Shown in pieces: positions 57,669 through 64,000 of a stretch of 64,000 bases of DNA. Location: the sequence record OL615011; one strand, given 5' to 3'. A program made the position numbers and the translations under genes. A model generated the notes under the pieces. It ran no database searches and had not been told where the DNA came from. It worked only from the letters and a program-made list of their open reading frames with translations. Numbering within the stretch: position 1 is the first letter of the stretch; every line of letters starts with the position of its first letter. The DNA comes from Shigella phage vB_SboS_Gloob.

Positions 57669-58538
57669 TTAATCGATACGGGACAGCTGAGTGATAGATG
57701 ATTGCACTGGGCTGGCCACATAGATACGGACGTTGGCTTTCCACGTACCCCACAGGAGAGGCAGAGTCGGGAAGTTTACTTCGTTCAGCTCAAATACAGG
57801 GATGTAACTCTCCAGCGCTTCCCCAGAATACGCCTGGAAGCCCATCTCGGCGTACTGAAGGATCTCTTCTGGGAAATCGAAAGGTGCGTATGCAACGCCC
57901 ATGGATTCGTTCATGCCCATTCGACCCGCAGTGGCAGTGCCCGTCAGAATGATTTCGGTGATCTGGCGCTTAGGCTCGGTGGTCAACATATCAGAGAAGT
58001 CCGGCTCTTTGAATGCTGCCATGTTCTTCAGGAACTTGCCAGCCGGGTACTCTTTGCCGTCGACGGTGATGGTGTCTACCACTTTGATGCACGCCTGAGG
58101 GAATTCCCCTTCGATGCGTAGACTTTCGCGTGGGAAGCCTTTGTTGTAGTAGTAATCCAGTGCAGGCACAACTTCACCTTCATTACGGATGAACTTGCTC
58201 ATGTTGGAAGCATAAACGCGCTGTAGGCACTCATCGCCGTCGAAACCAGCAATGTGAGCCACGCCGTCATTGACGGTGGTGATATCACCCTGAGCGTCCA
58301 TGATGTCCTTCAGGATTTCCTGAATGGTTCTGGTCTGGTAAGGTTCTTGTTTAGGTGTGAGCACCAGATCCAGTTTCACATCGCAATCGTAGTACGCCGC
58401 CTCCAACAGTTCGCGGGTCTCTTCCAGCACCAGTTTCGCCTGATTGCGAATCTTACCAAAGTCGGGCGATGTGACATCGCCCTTTGCATTACCGAAAGCC
58501 AGATTCAGATTCACGTTCTTAGAAAATGTAGTTGTCAT
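57669..58538 (-). CDS. hypothetical protein (289 aa)
   Basis: ORF immediately downstream of regA. Confidence 0.5.
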   Translation of the reverse strand: MTTTFSKNVNLNLAFGNAKGDVTSPDFGKIRNQAKLVLEETRELLEAAYYDCDVKLDLVLTPKQEPYQTRTIQEILKDIMDAQGDITTVNDGVAHIAGFDGDECLQRVYASNMSKFIRNEGEVVPALDYYYNKGFPRESLRIEGEFPQACIKVVDTITVDGKEYPAGKFLKNMAAFKEPDFSDMLTTEPKRQITEIILTGTATAGRMGMNESMGVAYAPFDFPEEILQYAEMGFQAYSGEALESYIPVFELNEVNFPTLPLLWGTWKANVRIYVASPVQSSITQLSRID

Positions 58539-58554
58539 GATTTAGCGACTCCAG

Positions 58555-59019
58555 TTATTCGCTTTTGGCCTTTGTAGGCCGGATAATGTATTTTGGGACC
58601 AGCTTCCATTCAGGAACCTGATCGTGTTTAACCACTTTAATGCGTGACATATCGGCGGCTTCGGTGACCTGCTCGGGGTGAATGACCTTCACCATGTTCC
58701 ACTGCTCAAGCAGCTTGATGATGCGGTTCATCCTCAGGACATCTTCGCGGTTAAACCCGTTGTAATGCCCGTCCAGCATAAACAGATGCTTGAAGTGGAC
58801 GATATAATACTTGCCATACTTATGAAGAATATGACAAGTCTGATACAGAGTATTCGGCTCTTGGCGCGTGTTTACCCCAATTCGGCTCAGTGTTTCCTTG
58901 ATCCCCAGGAATATTCCTGGCCGATCTTGGTTCAATTGAACTTCAACCATACAATCAACGATGCTGGCCTCATCGTTGACGGCTGAAATGTTCAATATGT
59001 CTAGCGTATTGCGCGCCAT
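58555..59019 (-). CDS. regA: translational repressor RegA
   Basis: LYQTCHILHKYGKYYIVHFKHLFMLDG and EWKLVPKYIIRP match T4 RegA. Confidence 0.85.
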   Translation of the reverse strand: MARNTLDILNISAVNDEASIVDCMVEVQLNQDRPGIFLGIKETLSRIGVNTRQEPNTLYQTCHILHKYGKYYIVHFKHLFMLDGHYNGFNREDVLRMNRIIKLLEQWNMVKVIHPEQVTEAADMSRIKVVKHDQVPEWKLVPKYIIRPTKAKSE

Positions 59020-59048
59020 GACTCATTCCCCTTTTACAATAGTTTGAA

Positions 59049-59471
59049 CTACTTAGCCTTGCGCGGTTTCGCTTTGGCGTTCAGCTCAGTACGTCCCATC
59101 TTCTCGCGTATCTCGGCCAGGACTTCCTTCGGCAAGAAACGGACGTACTCGGATGCCTTCTCCATGCTGATGTAGAAGTACTCGGAGAGTAACTTCACGT
59201 CAGGATCAATCGGACCTTTCTTAGACCATTTGTCGTAGCGTTTCCGCGCCGGAATGGTGTGAAAGGCATATGACCATTGCATCCATGGAGTGACAGCATG
59301 CAGCTTGTTCATCTGCTGTGCAGTCACCAGAGTGTCTTTGCTCTGAGCTAAACCACGCCGCGTCATAAACGGGTCGAATCCTTTCAACACTTCTGGGTCA
59401 TCAGACTGCAGAAGGTTTTCTTTGCTGCTGTTCAGAGCAGCCAGGTAATCGAACAATCCAGGGGCGGCCAT
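59049..59471 (-). CDS. 62: clamp loader small subunit gp62
   Basis: 140 aa; PARKRYDKWSKK resembles T4 gp62 RGKRYGKWAK; position between gp44 and regA. Confidence 0.7.
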   Translation of the reverse strand: MAAPGLFDYLAALNSSKENLLQSDDPEVLKGFDPFMTRRGLAQSKDTLVTAQQMNKLHAVTPWMQWSYAFHTIPARKRYDKWSKKGPIDPDVKLLSEYFYISMEKASEYVRFLPKEVLAEIREKMGRTELNAKAKPRKAK

Positions 59472-59475
59472 AGTA

Positions 59476-60519
59476 TCACTTCCACTTGATGTTGAGCATG
59501 ACGTTTGTCAGGAAAAACACAGCATGCAGCCAGACATCGCCGACCTGACGGTGTTCAATCTGAGACTGACCACATACGCATACCAGATCAGGGATAGACT
59601 CATTCTGAACCAGCATCGGCTTCTCTTTATCCTGTGGTACACAGAACTGGAAGAAGCGGGAATAGAAGTCTTCGGTGATGTAGTTCTGGTTGTCAGTCAC
59701 CCACTGCTTCATGCCAGCCCAGTCATTGCCTTTCAGCATATCAACCAACACACCCATGTCGGCAGATTTCAATACGGCGAGGGCGCGTTCATCGATCTTG
59801 CCGTAGGTGGTGACGTTATCCTGTAGGGCACCCATGATGCGGCGGTTATCGGGGAAATGACGTTTGACAATAGCAGCCAACACAGGAGGGTCATACTCAA
59901 CACCTTCGCTGCGAAGGATTTCAGCACAGCGGCGCATGAACTGAAGTTTTACCTCATCAGCCTCGGTCTCATTCCAGATAAAGTCGATTTCACGACAACG
60001 AGAACGCAAAGGTTCGTTCACGCGCTGCTTGGCGTTGGTGGTCAGGATGAACGAGCAGTTCTTGGAGACCTTCTCCACAATACCCTTCAGCGACTCCTGT
60101 GCCGCCATAGACAGACGCTCTACTTCGTCGAGGATAACGACTTTGCGACCACCGAATACACTCACACCAGTAGAGTACTGAATCACGCGGTCACGGATAA
60201 CGTCGATGCTGTTGTCCAGGGATGCGTTGATCATCAGTGGTTGCTTACAGCCGATTTCATTACACACGGCCAGGGCAGAGGTAGTCTTGCCAGTACCAGG
60301 CTGAGGGGAGTAGAACAGCATAGACGGGATGTTGCCGTTGCCGCTGGTAATGTAGCCATGGATTTTAGCGCGGACGTCTTGAGGGATGATGATCTCGTCC
60401 AGGTTGTCAGGGCGGTACTTGTTTTCCCATGCGTACTGGTCGGAAACGATAGTGATATTAGACATTTCAGCCTCGTGTAGAAGAATCATTTCAAATGGGC
60501 GGGAAACCCCCGCCCACAC
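59476..60519 (-). CDS. 44: clamp loader large subunit gp44 (AAA+ RFC-like)
   Basis: Walker A PQPGTGKTT, Walker B ILDEVE, sensor motifs; likely start MSNITIV. Confidence 0.9.
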   Translation of the reverse strand: MWAGVSRPFEMILLHEAEMSNITIVSDQYAWENKYRPDNLDEIIIPQDVRAKIHGYITSGNGNIPSMLFYSPQPGTGKTTSALAVCNEIGCKQPLMINASLDNSIDVIRDRVIQYSTGVSVFGGRKVVILDEVERLSMAAQESLKGIVEKVSKNCSFILTTNAKQRVNEPLRSRCREIDFIWNETEADEVKLQFMRRCAEILRSEGVEYDPPVLAAIVKRHFPDNRRIMGALQDNVTTYGKIDERALAVLKSADMGVLVDMLKGNDWAGMKQWVTDNQNYITEDFYSRFFQFCVPQDKEKPMLVQNESIPDLVCVCGQSQIEHRQVGDVWLHAVFFLTNVMLNIKWK

Positions 60520-60544
60520 ATTATAACATCAGGCTGGAGATTGA

Positions 60545-61213
60545 TTACTCAATCTGTGCGCCGACGAAGTAATTGATCGTCGCGTCGGATGATTGGAAGT
60601 TCACCATCTGCAGCTCAGCGCAGGCACGCAGAGTGTAGTTGCCTTCGATCATCTTCAGGTTAGCAACGTCCAGTGGCATGACGAAGTCCGGCAGCGCGGT
60701 TTCACCCAGCTCAACGGTGTAGTTGTTGGAGTTGTCCAGGGTAGTGGTGGTTGCAACCAGGCGAGTTTTGCCACCCTGAGCAACCAGGCGCACAGTCTTG
60801 TGACCGAGGGTAGAACAGGCGCGGGTCAGTTCTTTCATCTTCTCTGGAGTGATGATCGCTTCAAAGTCGACAGACGGCAGTTCAATGGTGTCAGCCGGAA
60901 CAACAGTGAGTTCTTTAGCAGAACGCCAGAATTGCAGCTGAGAGCTTTCGCCTTTCAACAGGATGTAGTCCTGATGGAATTCGGCTTTACCGCCTTTGAA
61001 GGAAGGCAGGCGCTGGATGGCCAGAAGTTTGGTCAGGTCCAGGATAGGGAACTCAAACGGGAAGTCTTCTTCGATCTGAGCCACGGCGATAACAGTAGAC
61101 GAATCGTTAATGCTGCGCAGCATCTTACCCGGTGTCAGAACGATAGATGGGTTGATGGTCTCAAAGTTGGCCAGCAACTGGAGTGTACGTTCGGAGAGAG
61201 TGATCTCTTGCAT
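60545..61213 (-). CDS. 45: sliding clamp gp45
   Basis: 222 aa; size and N-terminal similarity to T4 gp45; adjacency to gp44/62. Confidence 0.8.
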   Translation of the reverse strand: MQEITLSERTLQLLANFETINPSIVLTPGKMLRSINDSSTVIAVAQIEEDFPFEFPILDLTKLLAIQRLPSFKGGKAEFHQDYILLKGESSQLQFWRSAKELTVVPADTIELPSVDFEAIITPEKMKELTRACSTLGHKTVRLVAQGGKTRLVATTTTLDNSNNYTVELGETALPDFVMPLDVANLKMIEGNYTLRACAELQMVNFQSSDATINYFVGAQIE

Positions 61214-61319
61214 TTATGTATCCTCAAAATATAGTGGGGTTCAAGTCATGTTTGACGCAATCTAGTATCGCTGTGTTGTGCTTATAGAACAAGTGGCAAA
61301 TTGCGCTACGCGTTATTAA

Positions 61320-61337
61320 TAAATGCCTTCGGCATTT
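61320..61337. other. perfect hairpin in AT-rich divergent intergenic region
   Basis: AAATGCC-TTC-GGCATTT within 340-bp non-coding region. Confidence 0.35.
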
Positions 61338-61394
61338 ATGGACTTTATTAAAGATAATAACCTTTATTAATCCTATTCGCTTCGCTCATAAAAC

Positions 61395-61428
61395 AAATAC
61401 TCGTTGTTCGTTAACACTCACAACTCGT
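61395..61428 (+). promoter_or_regulatory. sigma70-like promoter (TTGTTC, 18 nt spacer, TATAAT)
   Basis: Upstream of plus-strand ORF at 61554. Confidence 0.3.
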
Positions 61429-61553
61429 ATAATACCACGCCATTTGTTCAACAGGAAAGCAATTTTTATTCAACAGCAAAATTAATTTATTTGGTCTAAA
61501 CATGCACGCGAAATAATATGTATGTCATGTTAACCAACACACGAGAGTAATAT

Positions 61554-61931
61554 ATGAAACAGTTCGTAGGATTATATGCGGTCGGATGCAGTAAGCCAGA
61601 CGCCATCCTCACCGCAGGGCAATTTGTCACAGGCACCCCAGTTTATCTGGCGCAGCTGGCGTCAGACAAGAACTTACCATCGGAGCCGCGATTTGTCCCT
61701 CTGGGTTTGATGGCAGGCCTGAAAGTTGGTCTGTATGTCGGTGTGGTGACGTTTGAAAACGGCGTCGAAGCGAAGGTTCTGCCATTTAAATTGGGCAGCG
61801 AACAAATGCTGAAGGACACTATCAGTGAACACCTGAACGCACAATGTCTGGTTTCTCTGGACAAATTGTTCGGCACAGTATCTGATGAAGGCGAGGCCAC
61901 CCCCGCCTATGTGAATCAAGATCAGTCGTGA
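61554..61931 (+). CDS. hypothetical protein
   Basis: 125 aa plus-strand ORF between gp45 and uvsW. Confidence 0.45.
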   Translation: MKQFVGLYAVGCSKPDAILTAGQFVTGTPVYLAQLASDKNLPSEPRFVPLGLMAGLKVGLYVGVVTFENGVEAKVLPFKLGSEQMLKDTISEHLNAQCLVSLDKLFGTVSDEGEATPAYVNQDQS

Positions 61932-63430
61932 TTACCCAGCGCCACCTTCATGAACTCCACAGGGTGGCGCTCTGTCAGGTAGAACTTGTAACGCTCATGA
62001 GAGTGCCTGATAGCGTGGTTCGTGCTGGCGTTGTACGACACATCATCCACTAAGTCCCATATCCACGCGACGTCCTTGGAGGAGTGCTGACGCATCAGAC
62101 GACCCAATGTCTGTATGACGCGGATATATGACTTGCTCGGGTGCGCCAGTACAAGGTGGTGTAGCTTCTTGATTGACACACCCTGTTGCATTGTCCCGTA
62201 TGAAGCCAACAACGTGATATCCTCTCCATCCTCCATCGCTTTCTGTATGCGGCGGCGGTCTTCGATCTTCACTTCCCCGTTGATGACAAACACGTTGGGC
62301 TTGACTGCGCTCAGCATATCGTACACAACCATCATGTGGGCGTCAATACGCTCGAACATGATGGCCACGTTCCCTTTCAGATTCAGTGCCATCTTGGCGA
62401 TCAGTTCGTTGCGGGACTGGTGTGTAATAAGGTATTCTATTTCCTTGGCATAATCCCCGTCCAGACCAACAGCATCCGCCGGAGTGTGCTTCAGCTGAAT
62501 CATCTTCACTTTGATGTCAGTGGCGTACCCGAGATTGATAAGGTCGCGAGCTGTGATGATCTTATGGTACGCCCCGAAGTGAGCCACCACCTGAAGCCCG
62601 GCAACTTTGGTGTTCGACAGCGTACCTGTAACCCCCAGGCGCTGGTCGGCGTAGATGCAGTTGTTGAGGATGTAGGACAGTTTCTCAGACTTGGAGGTAT
62701 GCACTTCATCCACCACGATGTCACCGAACTGGTGGAACCATTCTTTCGGCTGGTCTTGAATGCCCTGCCATGTACTGATGACGATTGGTTTGCTGATTTC
62801 CTTTGTCGCGCCCTCAAAGATCAACTGAGTGTTGACAACGGGCTTCCAATCACTGCCGTGTGCGTACTCTTCAAAGTTGTCGTACAGCTGAGTGACCAGG
62901 TGAATCGACGGCACCACGATAAGCGTCTTCAGAGGACTTTCGAGAGCTTCTCTGCGCTGCCTGTAGTACCGCGCCATGACATACAGAATAAAGGACTTAC
63001 CAGCACTTGTAGCCAGTTCACAGACGCATCTGGTTTGACGCATAGCCTTGGCGATGGTGTCGTACTGATAGTCACGGGTCTCAGCATCGATGTATTCGTG
63101 ATTTTCGGTGCGGATCTTTGGATGGAGACTGTCGATGAAGTCATGGATTTCTTGATCTGGGATGTCCTGAATGTACTTCAGAGCCGGATCCAGTTCAATG
63201 GTGTATTTGTTGTTCTTGCAGAACTTGAACACCTCAAACAGTAGGCCGATATCAATCAGGCCGGATGACTTGGTGAATAAGCGAACAACCCCGTCCCATT
63301 TAGAGAAGGGGTTGGGAACGAAGTTCGGGTCTTCGAATTTGAAGTAGTCATTCAGCTCTTCCCTGATAGAAAGATCTGCGATGCAACGCATGCGGACTTC
63401 GTTAACCTTAACAATCTGAATGTCTGCCAT
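61922..63430 (-). CDS. uvsW: UvsW-like SF2 DNA helicase
   Basis: Start MADIQIV; Walker A ATSAGKS, DEVH box, TGT motif. Confidence 0.75.
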   Translation of the reverse strand: MADIQIVKVNEVRMRCIADLSIREELNDYFKFEDPNFVPNPFSKWDGVVRLFTKSSGLIDIGLLFEVFKFCKNNKYTIELDPALKYIQDIPDQEIHDFIDSLHPKIRTENHEYIDAETRDYQYDTIAKAMRQTRCVCELATSAGKSFILYVMARYYRQRREALESPLKTLIVVPSIHLVTQLYDNFEEYAHGSDWKPVVNTQLIFEGATKEISKPIVISTWQGIQDQPKEWFHQFGDIVVDEVHTSKSEKLSYILNNCIYADQRLGVTGTLSNTKVAGLQVVAHFGAYHKIITARDLINLGYATDIKVKMIQLKHTPADAVGLDGDYAKEIEYLITHQSRNELIAKMALNLKGNVAIMFERIDAHMMVVYDMLSAVKPNVFVINGEVKIEDRRRIQKAMEDGEDITLLASYGTMQQGVSIKKLHHLVLAHPSKSYIRVIQTLGRLMRQHSSKDVAWIWDLVDDVSYNASTNHAIRHSHERYKFYLTERHPVEFMKVALGNHD

Positions 63431-63458
63431 ACAAAATCTCCCAAGATATATGGGGTAT

Positions 63459-63962
63459 TTAGCGATCCGGCCAGACTCCGTTCTGTTCTTTATCCATGCG
63501 ATGGTACAGACGAACACGCTCAAACATCTTTGTCAGGATGTCATCGCGGTTGAACTCTATGATGGTTGGCGTCAACGATGACTCGTTGGCAATCACATTG
63601 ATGAGGCGGGTGATCTTGACACCGAACATCTGCTGGAACATAACAGAGTACAAGCACAGCTGGATACTGTAGTCCTCGATCATTCCCCGCGTCTTCATGG
63701 TGTTCGATGTCTTGAAGTCGATGATAGCAGGCTTACCCTCATAAACCCCGATAAGGTCCACTCGACCTGCGAGACCAAGCACCTCGCTATATAACGGGAT
63801 CTCCTGAGCATAGATCTTTGTCATCTTGTTCAGATAGGGGAACAGCTGCTTGAACATGAACATGTATTCGCCAGCCGCTTCCAACACTTCTTTCATTGGG
63901 CGGTTCTTCAAATACAGTTCACATGCAAGGTGCAGCTTCTCCCCTCGGTCAGCGCAACGCAT
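63459..63962 (-). CDS. PD-(D/E)xK nuclease-fold protein
   Basis: Motif RVDLIGVYEGKPAIIDFKTS (D...E.K); true start may lie further upstream. Confidence 0.45.
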   Translation of the reverse strand: MRCADRGEKLHLACELYLKNRPMKEVLEAAGEYMFMFKQLFPYLNKMTKIYAQEIPLYSEVLGLAGRVDLIGVYEGKPAIIDFKTSNTMKTRGMIEDYSIQLCLYSVMFQQMFGVKITRLINVIANESSLTPTIIEFNRDDILTKMFERVRLYHRMDKEQNGVWPDR

Positions 63963-64000
63963 GGTCTCAAGGTCGGCGGCCTCTGCACCCAGCTTCTCCC

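Noticed and set aside
54245-58538. Split DNA polymerase gp43
   Set aside because: None of the three proteins shows family B exonuclease or polymerase motifs; gene 43 is probably outside this window
62336-63244. 302-aa plus-strand ORF
   Set aside because: Antisense to uvsW
1-64000. tRNA genes
   Set aside because: Scanned the longer intergenic regions for T-arm GGTTCGAAT-type motifs and cloverleaf symmetry; none found
1-64000. CRISPR array or integrase/transposase
   Set aside because: No regularly spaced direct repeats and no recombinase motifs seen; window looks like a lytic phage genome

Overview
This window is a gene-dense segment of a T4-like (Tevenvirinae- or Ackermannviridae-like) myovirus genome, read from sequence alone with no database search. 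Most genes lie on the minus strand and are tightly packed, often with overlapping stop/start codons. Recognisable T4 core genes include gp41 helicase, UvsX, gp32, gp61 primase, gp46/gp47, gp55, RegA, gp62/gp44/gp45 and UvsW, plus NrdA/NrdB, PhoH, an endolysin and baseplate proteins gp5, gp25 and gp54-like. Gene order departs from T4: gene 32 is relocated and no DNA polymerase follows regA. The most interesting accessory content is (i) a translationally coupled nucleotide-modification operon (MazG-like NTPase, dNMP kinase, thymidylate-synthase-family hydroxymethylase, P-loop kinase) suggesting a hydroxymethyl-pyrimidine or hypermodified base; (ii) an NAMPT-like plus PRPP-synthetase-like pair resembling the phage NAD+ reconstitution pathway; (iii) three paralogous internal head proteins with a T4-type capsid targeting sequence; (iv) a vWA/ACP-like pair and a block of three large proteins of unknown function. 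No tRNA, CRISPR array or transposase was found. All product calls rest on motifs recognised by eye and need HMM or structure-based confirmation.
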